From positions 26,288,001-26,352,000 of the forward strand of contig NC_079164.1 in NCBI RefSeq assembly GCF_947568905.1: 64,000 nt of DNA, written 5' to 3'. The stretch's first letter is position 1. Each line of letters begins with the position of its first letter. This document shows, piece by piece, positions 27,501-35,700 of the stretch. Below the pieces are notes generated by a model that saw only the letters and a list, made by a program, of their open reading frames with translations, ran no database searches and was not told the DNA's origin. The stretch is from Ostrea edulis. Its lineage: Eukaryota. The position numbers were made by a program, and so were the translations under genes.

Positions 27501-30198
27501 ATATTGCTGGTTTTTAGCTTTCTTATTTTCTTTTGACAAAATCCTCTTCAATTGAATATGACATTGCTTAGTTAATAACAATTAATGATTTGTTGAAATT
27601 GTCAGATATCATCTTATATAGATCTATAGTTTAATTTTGGTCTAGTATCCAACATGTAAAAAAAATCAAGCATTTATATTTTTTAAATATAACGCATTAT
27701 CATAAATATATTTTTTCGACCTTACTTAGTTATAAATTGATTTTGTCTGAAATCTTTTGGTTTTTGTATTCCCCACCAATTTATATAACATTGTGGGATT
27801 CCAGGATATATAAAAGAAAATTTAGTGAGCAGACTCCAATCGACAATTGTTGATGGTGGCATGAAGCAGACAGAACTTAGTAGAATTTTATTCATTATTA
27901 TGAAGCGTTTAGTGAATTTTTGATTGACAAATTAACAATTCCTCCCCACTTTTCCAAAGATTTTGAATACTTTTCCTGGATTAAACAAGGTTTTAAATAA
28001 AACAAACATTTGTTTTTGCAATAATTTGACAATCTGCTATTACCTGAGAATTGTTCCCTCCTTCTGGCCAATGCTTGCATTCTGGATTTGACACCGCCTA
28101 TGGCTGGCGTGTCTGGATGAACAAGTTGTTCATCATCTCGTACACACTGTCTTTTTCCTGGTGAACCTACAAACAAAATATTCCTTAGGATTTCAAACAA
28201 AACTTCTCCCAGACAACTAAGTGTCCATGGTGTAATTTTTCTAATGAAAAAATCAGATATCCTGAACCAAAAAAAAAAAAAAGAAAAGATAAAGAGAAAA
28301 AGTGGAATATCTTAATAATGGGGAATTTTTAAATAAATAAATAAATAAAAATCCCATAATATTCACATATTTCTTAAAACAGAGATGAGTGAATTATTCT
28401 CCTTTCATACAAACTTTTGGACAGTTATGAGGGAAACTTTTAAGAAATCCTTTTCAGAGTGAAGTAGTATTGGCGTGTACAGTAGAGTTGAAAAATTGGG
28501 AAAATTTCATAATCGATCATAATTGGAAGAACTGTTACGATCAATGATCGATATAATCGGTATTTACACATAGTTAATAATTATGTTTATTATTTTTGGA
28601 GTTATTTCTATTTAGTTTTATGATATGTGCAGTATACACACTAGCTGGTGTCACTGAATTCCCAATTTTCAATGTGGAGTCCACTGACTCTCCCCCCGCA
28701 CATGTCTCGATATAAAAGCTGGAGTAACAGTCAGATGAATCTCGGATTAGATATCAGTTAGTGTACAGGCGACTATCGATTATGAAAAATAGAATCAATA
28801 ATTGGAATCGAAGAGCCAAAAACGCTCGACAATCAATTGTCGGTGACAATTGTTTCATCACTAGTGTACAATATTCTAGCCAAAATATCTACCATCCTTT
28901 GAAGTTAGTGTTGCTGTGGGTGCATTTTCCCGAGCAAGATTCTGCTCTAGAATACGTTTTCTAGGAGTGACATCTGGGGTTTTTCCAAGCTTCTGATTCA
29001 GAACTTCTCTTCGCTGTCTTGTTTTCTCCAACAGTCTCTACAAATTATATAACAACTTTTACATAATCTGAATATGAATTACCTAGAGGTACAAGGATGG
29101 ATACAATATTACAAGTTTTTAAAGACAGCATCAGTTAGATGTACACTTCAGACTTCACTATATCACATTCCTGTGCAGTCCAAAGTATCTGACGTTTTCC
29201 TGGCTTTTTTATGAATTTGATATTTTCCGTTAATTTTCCTGGCACGGTAAATATCAAAATCATGAGAAAGCCAAGAAAACATAAGATATTTCGGACTAAT
29301 TCTTGAAATACCATGTATTAAAGTAAAGTTGGTAAGTATTTTATATAGGCAGCAATCAGCAAAATTGGTCATGTAGCAATATGAAAAGTATACTAGGATG
29401 ACCATTACACATGCTTGGACATTGTGATTTTATTCACTTACCACCCAAATTATTATTTCTTACAGTACACCCATCTGTGAACTTGTGATTTTGACCCCCA
29501 GACTGCCCAGGTTCACTCCTCCAATTTCCAATATTAAACCAGTGACTAAATACTAACATCTAGTACAGCATAACAATTTCTAAGATTTAAACATTTTCAG
29601 TCAAAAATAACAAACAATCAAACAGAAACCTGTAAATCGCCTGACGAGAGCCTCTCTTCGTTGTATTTTTCAAGTTCATGAAAAGATTCCACGGCGATTT
29701 CTTCAAAAGATCCTAACTTAGATTTATCGATTTCCTCTATTGTTTTGTTCGCAAGTTCCTCAAATGAACTATCAGACATCTCTTGTACATTTTCCGACAT
29801 CATTTTAAAATGCACTGCTGAGCGCCCGATCTTGTATTTTTGAATTTTGCGTTATCTCATCCCACGTGATCACAATAACTTTAACCTTTGCAGTACGTCA
29901 GAAAATTCAAAATGTGTATTCCACACAGAATGATTTATCTAATTAACATAAGATGATTAACTTTAAATTGGTGAAAAGTGTACACAACTTTAGGAATGTT
30001 ACATTAGTCTCGATTACAAATGTTTTCCAAAGAAAATCAATATTACAAATCATATTCATATTGTTTGAAAAGTCTAAAGTTCATATATAGCAAAAAATCC
30101 TAAACCTTTGACATCAGAAAAGAAATGTGTTGCAAGCTCTTGGTGGCGACAAATTCACCGTGAAACTGATTAGTACTCACTTCTGTGTAAGCATCCAT
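45..30198 (-). CDS. ANLN: Anillin, complete spliced CDS (19 exons, 1280 aa)
   Basis: Exons (minus): 30181-30198, 28893-29037, 28044-28166, 24005-24200, 20587-20938, 19559-20335, 19360-19444, 14949-15712, 14750-14835, 14459-14600, 13105-13243, 12635-12790, 10829-11001, 10469-10544, 9696-9805, 9445-9531, 6301-6408, 1826-1998, 45-177. All GT-AG, phases close, total 3843 nt. Anillin motifs recalled from the human protein: [59 protein letters not shown] domain [20 protein letters not shown]...SADTKEER. Confidence 0.95.
767..1840. repeat. 40-bp minisatellite (26 copies) seeded from the ANLN exon 18 donor junction
   Basis: Unit AATGTTGG(C/T)AGAATCTACTGGTGGATGTC(G/A)TGACAACAC(A/C); the last unit overlaps exon 18. 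Confidence 0.95.
1826..1998 (-). CDS. ANLN: ANLN exon 18 (PH domain)
   Basis: tgtag|[11 protein letters not shown]...[14 protein letters not shown]...TMTST|gtgatt. Confidence 0.95.
2739..4769. mobile_element. 2-kb non-autonomous foldback DNA transposon, ~530-bp TIRs, 8-bp TSD
   Basis: 2739-~3270 is the reverse complement of ~4240-4769; termini CATAGGCGCC/GGCGCCTATG; TSD CACAGAAG at 2731-2738 and 4770-4777; no transposase. Confidence 0.92.
3461..3625 (-). mobile_element. Internally deleted, decayed copy of the tRNA-derived SINE at 32741-33065
   Basis: Shares the tail (gtcgagaat...attgagac) and head (ctcgaactcac..cc..ccggttac..accactga..accggt) segments with that copy. Confidence 0.6.
6301..6408 (-). 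CDS. ANLN: ANLN exon 17 (PH domain)
   Basis: tgtag|[16 protein letters not shown]...[11 protein letters not shown]|gtattt. Confidence 0.96.
6935..7065. repeat. 3 x ~44-bp tandem repeat
   Basis: TTTAAACACACAAATAGACAGACACACATA(C)ATGTGAATTTAGA repeated. Confidence 0.85.
7577..8315. mobile_element. MITE family A (CAGGGCT termini) containing a nested family-B MITE (7893-8270)
   Basis: Reverse complement of 16944-17331, interrupted by a ~380-bp insert flanked by TAACC (single TAACC in the uninterrupted copy); outer flanks CAACC/CAACA. Confidence 0.8.
9445..9531 (-). CDS. ANLN: ANLN exon 16
   Basis: tttag|[17 protein letters not shown]...VEERGFL|gtgagt. Confidence 0.95.
9696..9805 (-). CDS. ANLN: ANLN exon 15
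   Basis: tctag|[17 protein letters not shown]...CFTLER|gtaagt. Confidence 0.93.
9790..10301. repeat. 58-bp minisatellite (8 copies plus source) seeded from the ANLN exon 15 acceptor
   Basis: Unit (+) CACCACCA(G/A)GACTGGGA(G/A)CTA(A/G)ATAATGATCTACACAATGTCAATAACTCACACA(C/T)AG. Confidence 0.95.
10469..10544 (-). CDS. ANLN: ANLN exon 14 (polybasic stretch)
   Basis: tccag|[25 protein letters not shown]|gtactg; the donor is weak but is the only nearby phase-1 option I found. Confidence 0.78.
10829..11001 (-). CDS. ANLN: ANLN exon 13 (C2-like part of AH domain)
   Basis: tgtag|[11 protein letters not shown]...[10 protein letters not shown]|gtaagg. Confidence 0.93.
11835..12372. repeat. Composite minisatellite: 22-bp AATAATCAGTGCTCTGTCTGTA interspersed with 9-bp CAGTGCTTA
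   Basis: Read directly; ANLN intron 12. Confidence 0.9.
12635..12790 (-). CDS. ANLN: ANLN exon 12
   Basis: attag|[14 protein letters not shown]...[19 protein letters not shown]|gtaaaa. Confidence 0.95.
13105..13243 (-). CDS. ANLN: ANLN exon 11 (Rho-binding part of AH domain)
   Basis: tatag|[24 protein letters not shown]...[10 protein letters not shown]|gtgagt. Confidence 0.95.
13647..14060. mobile_element. MITE family C (CAGGGAT termini, 5-bp TSD)
   Basis: CAGGGATTGACATTAAC...GTTATTGTCTATCCCTG; AAAAC duplicated at 13642-13646 and 14061-14065. Confidence 0.85.
14459..14600 (-). CDS. ANLN: ANLN exon 10
   Basis: tgcag|[14 protein letters not shown]...KSVQERIQ|gtcagt. Confidence 0.9.
14750..14835 (-). 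CDS. ANLN: ANLN exon 9
   Basis: tgaag|RKRRSH...[11 protein letters not shown]|gtttgt; resembles human LLYSIDAYRSQR. Confidence 0.88.
14949..15712 (-). CDS. ANLN: ANLN exon 8 (acidic/Ser-rich, low complexity)
   Basis: tttag|[11 protein letters not shown]...[14 protein letters not shown]...RAAP|gtaagt; ORF 14886..15689. Confidence 0.9.
16944..17331. mobile_element. MITE family A copy
   Basis: CAGGGCTCGAAATTAAC...GTTAGCTTCAAGCCCTG; ACAAG on both flanks. Confidence 0.82.
17428..17811. mobile_element. MITE family B copy
   Basis: Reverse complement of 7893-8270; CAGTG duplicated at 17423-17427 and 17812-17816. Confidence 0.82.
19360..19444 (-). CDS. ANLN: ANLN exon 7
   Basis: taaag|[28 protein letters not shown]|gtatgt; phase 0 in, phase 1 out, fits neighbours. 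Confidence 0.82.
19559..20335 (-). CDS. ANLN: ANLN exon 6 (putative actin-binding region)
   Basis: attag|EKQVDPSEQ...[12 protein letters not shown]...[18 protein letters not shown]...|gtaatt; resembles human TKAIQERLF...AQQLKQERQKEL. Confidence 0.92.
20587..20938 (-). CDS. ANLN: ANLN exon 5 (Pro-rich)
   Basis: tttag|KPEEPKPKW...[14 protein letters not shown]|gtcaat; lies in ORF 20494..21066. Confidence 0.88.
21972..22470 (+). mobile_element. Helentron/HINE-type non-autonomous element with ~157-bp internal repeats
   Basis: Starts AAACAAGAGGTCCATGGGCCACATTGCTCA; TGAATCTGCACTATGTCAGGAAGC recurs three times. Family recognised from memory of oyster repeats; boundaries approximate. Confidence 0.6.
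23075..23481. mobile_element. MITE with AGGGGTGAAACGAT TIRs
   Basis: 14-bp inverted termini; no TSD seen. Confidence 0.55.
24005..24200 (-). CDS. ANLN: ANLN exon 4 (myosin-binding region motif)
   Basis: attag|...[25 protein letters not shown]|gtgagt. Confidence 0.95.
24732..25373. mobile_element. Non-autonomous element with ATTATAC/GTATAAT ends and a subterminal ~93-bp hairpin (possibly Crypton-type)
   Basis: Near-perfect hairpin at 25250-25342; family assignment is inference. Confidence 0.45.
25559..26740. mobile_element. Second GGCC-ended Harbinger-like element, 3-bp TSD TCA
   Basis: GGCCACTATTAAAAAA...TTTTTTAATAGTGGCC; TCA at 25556-25558 and 26741-26743. Confidence 0.7.
27060..27400 (-). 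mobile_element. Helentron/HINE-like fragment
   Basis: Shares CACAAGGAATACACATGTGAAATATGAAAG and GACAGAC..AAAACTATATGCCCCC with copies at ~33160-33460, ~42030-43330 and ~59168-59500. Confidence 0.55.
28044..28166 (-). CDS. ANLN: ANLN exon 3
   Basis: tgtag|SPGKRQC...[18 protein letters not shown]|gtaata. Confidence 0.92.
28483..28863. mobile_element. hAT-like MITE, 8-bp TSD
   Basis: TAGAGTTGAAAAATTG...CAATTGTTTCATCACTA; GTGTACAG/GTGTACAA flanks; 30 bp from the ANLN exon 2 donor. Confidence 0.72.
28893..29037 (-). CDS. ANLN: ANLN exon 2
   Basis: tgtag|[17 protein letters not shown]...TSKD G|gtagat. Confidence 0.93.
29630..29803 (-). CDS. ANLN: Candidate alternative first coding exon of ANLN (58 aa, acidic)
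   Basis: aaaATGATG start; open frame [20 protein letters not shown]...RLSSGDLQ ends CAG|gtttct in phase 0, matching exon 2; in-frame TAA lies upstream. No transcript evidence available. Confidence 0.5.
30181..30198 (-). CDS. ANLN: ANLN coding exon 1 (MDAYTE)
   Basis: ATG GAT GCT TAC ACA GAA|gtgagt; matches human MDPFTE start; phase 0. Confidence 0.85.
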
Positions 30199-30757
30199 TG
30201 CAGATTTTGTAATCAGAACTCAAACATTTGAATACTAATCTCGGCCCCGACACTTGTTTACAAAATTCAAAATTGGCGGTTGGAAGTATCGCGCTTTCTC
30301 GCGAAGTCTCGTGAACTAAGGATAACACTAATAGACCGGGAGGATAATCTAAGCCTGGAATACATGTATCGAGATGCAGGAAAATACATAATGAAAATAT
30401 TTGAAAATTAATCATCAAATTATGCAGATTATAGCATTAAAAAATCATAACGTCCGAGCAATATTCATAGTATGTCCTATTCTTATTCTTTACTTAAAAC
30501 TTGATGAAAAAATTTAAATGTTGGATTACATAAATCGTATCTATTGATACATTAAAAATTCTGGTCAGTGTTTCTTATCATAATATTTCTACGTCAAAAT
30601 TTCGAGAAACTATTACATTTCATTTGATGTTTTTGTAGAGCAGTTAATATACCTCTAGGGAACCAAGCACGCAAATAGTACAACCATACATTTTACCATC
30701 GTGATAGTCATGTGATAGTTAAAGTACACGTGGTTTTTGTTTTGGTGAAAGAGGAAG
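30199..30757. promoter_or_regulatory. Putative bidirectional promoter/5'UTR region shared by ANLN and AOAH
   Basis: 559 bp between divergent ATGs; CpG-enriched patch; TTCAAA (CHR, reverse) at 30266-30271 next to E2F-like TTGGCGG at 30273-30279; TTTCTCGCGAA at 30295-30305. TSSs not observed. Confidence 0.6.
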
Positions 30758-30878
30758 ATGTATGTGTTACGGATTCTGAGTTTGGTTATAGCTTTCGGCT
30801 TTATTTACATGAATAAAACACCTGTTGGGGTATATGAATTTACAAGATTGGGCACTAATGGAGGTACCAACTGTGCAG
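30758..30878 (+). CDS. AOAH: AOAH exon 1 (signal peptide-like N-terminus)
   Basis: MYVLRILSLVIAFGFIY...TNGGTNCA G|gtaagt. Confidence 0.88.
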
Positions 30879-32764
30879 GTAAGTTTCCTTGTGTAGACAA
30901 CAGATCTTATAAATTTCAATTCCATTGGGGGCGGATTGACAACGGGACGGATCATCTGGGGACGGATCAACCGTGGGGTGGATCGATATCATTTTATATC
31001 TCATATTGTGTATGCCCCCCCCCCCCCCAATTAAAGATATTATAAATGATTACTTAAGAAAAAGGGCAGTTTTTTATTTAGTAGAGATATCATAAAACGA
31101 TATTATAAAGTTCTGTCAGATTTATAGGTATATATCTAAAATTGTTTATACAACCATTATGATTTATAATTTTTGTTTGAAGTGCGAAAATCAGGTCAAT
31201 TGTTTATGAAAAGGTGTACTCATTAATTAGCGTACAAACACCGCGCGTTATTTAAGTTATATGTGCTGTAGAGCATTAAGTCAGCTCAATCAAAAATGTG
31301 TCCATTAATCATTGTGAAAACACCTTTGTTTAAACTTTTAGAGTTTTACTTTGTTTTACAATCTTTGATCATTAATTGCAAGAATAACACCTTTTACTGA
31401 ACAGCACAAAAATGAACTCAGCATCCAAGTTTAACATAACTATTGATATTCAAAACGACGGCCCGTCATTAAAATGTAAACACTTGGAAAAATGGTTAAA
31501 AAACGTGGTAATATAATTTTGAGGGCCGGATCGACTAAGGGACGGATTGATAATGGGACGGGTCTTCTAGAATTGAAGGAAGAGTCTAAAACGTAACCAA
31601 GAAAATGATGCTGCAAATGGACTCGGGGTCATCAAATTACCCGAGATATAAAATTTGGTTGAAATCCGACAACCTTTATCTCTTTTTTGGTTACATTTTT
31701 GGCAGCTTGAATGTAGAAGTATGATATTGTATAAAAAGTAAATGCATGCTGAGGAAAAGCAGAAAGGGATGTACCAAAATTGTGAATTTCGCAACCCCAG
31801 GGTTCTGACTCGAGGGCGGATCCAAGGCGGCCATTTTGAAAAGTGATTGCAACCCTCCTCGTGACCCCCTATCAGACTTTGAACAAATTTGAATTGAATT
31901 TGTAGAAGCACTTTTAAAAATTCGCTCGGACAACTGAGTTCAGCACTATAGAAGAGGAATGATAAGAAGAAAAGAATATAACAAGAAATGGAGGCAAAAG
32001 CAATATATACATATTCGGGGACAAAACATTGGCTGACACGCCAAGAAAGAGCATTAAACGCGAGTAACTGTTTTCCCGACGTGCACTATATTTTAGTTGA
32101 CAATACTTTTTTTTTGTTCCGTTTAATGAAAAATTTACAATGTACAATAATAAAAATTGTTTGTATTCCATAAATCATACTATGCAGACTACAACACAAC
32201 CATGGTAGCAGTATTCAATCGGTGAAATATCGAATTAAAATATTTTTTTCCTGAATGTGAATGAATGGCTGACAATAATTAAGCTTACTGGTCGGAGTGT
32301 TTGCGGTTCATGGAAATAATCAATTTAGTGATACTTAGGCGAACATACAGCTACCTGGTGAGAGAGAGAGAGAGAGAGATCAAGAGAGAGAGAGAGAGAA
32401 TTCTTATTTGGTAGTAATTTTACAGCAGAAAATAGTCCATTATTTTTTAAAGTATAAAGCTTACCAGCATTCATAAGCTAGAGTGTCTTGCTGTAGTATT
32501 TATATTATAAAGAAGAAATATGGGTCCATTGCAATATTTCAAAAACGTCACAATTGTTACACCGATATCAGTGGGGGATTTAGAGCCCCCCCCCCCCCCC
32601 CCCTCTTTCGCCACAAATTTATAAATGACATGAAAACCGGAACAATCCAATTAATTAGATCGAAATAAGAAAATAATGTCAATAAAAATTTGGCACCCGA
32701 AATGGCTGAGTTGGAACCGCCAGTGGATATGGAAAAAATATTGATTGATTGTTTATACGTCATG

Positions 32765-32796
<32 letters not shown>

Positions 32797-35700
32797 TATT
32801 TGTAGGTGAAGTGTCACAAATTTAGGCTCAACGCCGTAACAGTAAGGGTTCTTAAAGACTTTATCGTGTCAACACCTGCATGCCGCGACACGGGGCCCCC
32901 GTTTTTAAGGTCATATACGAACGTTTGGCCGAGCGTTTGGTGAAGGAGCAATCACTACCTATATTAACGTCTTAGGTTTGACGCGGCCATGGCACCCGCG
33001 GGGCTCAAATTCACGACCATCCGGTTACGAAGCGAACGTTCTACCACTGAGCTACCGTGACCGGTAAAACATTACGTAGGAAATGTCCTTTTTGTATAAT
33101 TATGGAGTTCCTTTTATCACTTAAACATAGAAATTCAATGGCATGGCTATTGAAAATAAGGTTTATTTGTGAAACACTGATGCTCCCGTATGACAGCGAA
33201 GTTGATAATTACCAGGGTTAAAGTTTTTCAAAAAATAGGTCAAAGGTCAAGGTCATGAGGTCACAAACTTTGGTTCCTAAAGAAAGGTCTTCTCAAATGG
33301 AAAGTACATGTGAAATATGAAAGCCATATATATCACCTTCCATTCAAATGCTACTGTCAGGGTTAACGTTCTTGCCGACAGACAGATGGACAGACCAACA
33401 AAAAACAAAACAAAAAAAACAACTACATGCCCCAGAATCTTCGATTAAGGGATATAAAAAGGGGGGAAATATCAACAACGACGGAAGGAAAGGTCCAAAA
33501 GTATAACCCTACAAACCGAAAAACTCCAACTGAACAGTCGTTAATTACAAAATGTAACGAAATAAATATTTAAAGATTCATGAAATAGTTGAGTTTTCGA
33601 GTTTCTGTCTGATGCCTTAACATGTATCAGTGTGCATGTGAATGGAAGAACTGACAAGTATGGTGGTATATTTCTACCATCACTTGTCAGGTAATTATGT
33701 CGACTTGTCGGATAATTATGTCGACTTGTCGGGTAATTATGTCGACCTGTCAGGTAATTATGTCGACTTGTCGGGTAATTGTGTCGACTTGTCAGGTAAT
33801 TATGTCGACTTGTCAAGTAATTATGTCGACTTGTCAGGTAATTATTTATACATGTCAGCTACTGTTGTCCACTTGTCAAATAAAAGTTTTAAAAGGTTTA
33901 ACCGTAAAAATACTTTCACGCTCAAAATGTTCTGACAAGTCGACATAATCTAGCAAGCTTAACCCTAAACCAAGATCATTTTGACAACATTTCCTACCTT
34001 TTTGTCGACTTGTCTGATGATCTTGTCAGATCGTGATGTTGACTTGTCAGATTGTGATGTTGACTTGTCAGATCGTGATGTTGACTTGTCAGATCGTGAT
34101 GTTGACTTGTCAGATTGTGATGCTGACTTGTCTGATATTGAAACGAAAAGTAGATGTCAGCAAATGGCTTTAGCATATCAAAATAAAAAAAAAAAATTGG
34201 AAATGACAGGTCAACATAATCATCTGACAAGTCGACATAATTAACTGACAAATCGACATAAATATCTGAAAAGGAATTATGGAAGAAATTGCATCACTTT
34301 TGAAGAACCACAACATCATGGAATTTAGAACTGCGTTTTGTATGACTATATCGGTTGAGTATGATCGAGTCAATACTGGCTGTAACTCATATAATATTCC
34401 CTTTCTTGTTCGTAGAAAGTGACTCCTCTGTAATCGATCTACTCCAAATTAAGATCATTCGCAGTGTTTAGTGTACGTGCCTTCTTTTCCAGTATGTACA
34501 GTGGTGTTGGGATTAGCGGAACAGCTGTCCGTAATACACAATGAGACGGTGGTTAGAGGTCTGGAGAGGCTGTGTAACTTTCTACCTCCGCCTTATCAAG
34601 GAGCTTGTAAAGAGTTTACAGATTTCATTGCAGATGACATTATCAGATCGTTAGTTACAATACATGCCATATACAATGTATACACAGGGGGGGGGGGGGG
34701 GGGGGGATATCGCAACACCGGCTTCTTTCTTAGCCTGAGTATAATGATTAATTTCACATTACAAGATGAATAGTAGACTTGCTCAAGTCTCTATGTTTAA
34801 TAATCAGTGCTCTCTTTAATACTTTTAATAATGCCAAACTATATGTTTGGTGACATTTAAGAATGGTAGAGAGCAGATATTTAGATTTTGTTTTGTATTA
34901 CTTATAGGAGTTATGCGATTGATCACTGTTCGTTATCTTCACCTTTCATACAACATAGACTTGAGCAGGTCTAGATGAATAGCTTTTCATAGTTGACATC
35001 ATTTTTTAAATAGCATCACTTGATCTTAAAAAATGTAAAAACGCCATCTGTAAATATATTTACTGTCATTCTCTTTCAAAGGTGAGAAATTTTACAGTAA
35101 ATAACTATACCCCTATCTATTAATTCAAATGTCTATTATGAATAAAACAAAGTTAAATAAGGTTGACATGTAGAAATCAAACTAAACAGGTTTTTTCATT
35201 ATCTAGTGTGTAACTTCCGTTCACACGAATGACGGACTTCATGCGTCTTCTTAAATCTCTGCTCATATTATATACAAACAATGGAGGAAATTCGAACCAT
35301 GAATAATATTTCTCTCAGATCTATTTTGTCACATTTTACTTTTTTTTTATGTTTCAGAAAGCTTACATGTGTCATTGCCACAATACTAATTTATCCACGT
35401 TTAAATGTTATATATCGTTAGATCGATCGATCGATTGATCTAGATCGATTTTTGCCCACTGATTTATTTTTTACACATGGGTAGGTTATCTCTCCAAAAT
35501 GAAAAAAAAATCTAATAGTTGTAATTTCCATTGACCTGGTATAATATCACGTGCTATAAAATCAATGAAAATGTAGGATATTCTTGATTCATGTAAGTGT
35601 AAGTGAAAAGGGTTTCTTTCTTGCACCTCTAAGTGAAAAATAGCATTACAAATATGCAAAATACGGGATCTTGATAGAATATGTTTTTGAATTGACACAT

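Noticed and set aside
30925-31570. Clusters of GGACGGAT motifs in AOAH intron 1
   Set aside because: Could be regulatory sites or element ends, but I found no termini, TSD or known motif to support a call.
32995-33065. tRNA-like sequence on the minus strand
   Set aside because: Degenerate B box and continuity with a SINE body and tail; it is a SINE head, not a tRNA gene.
33541-34373. Repetitive ORFs (VDLSGNY, TSRHNYL)
   Set aside because: Translations of the 21-bp arrays.
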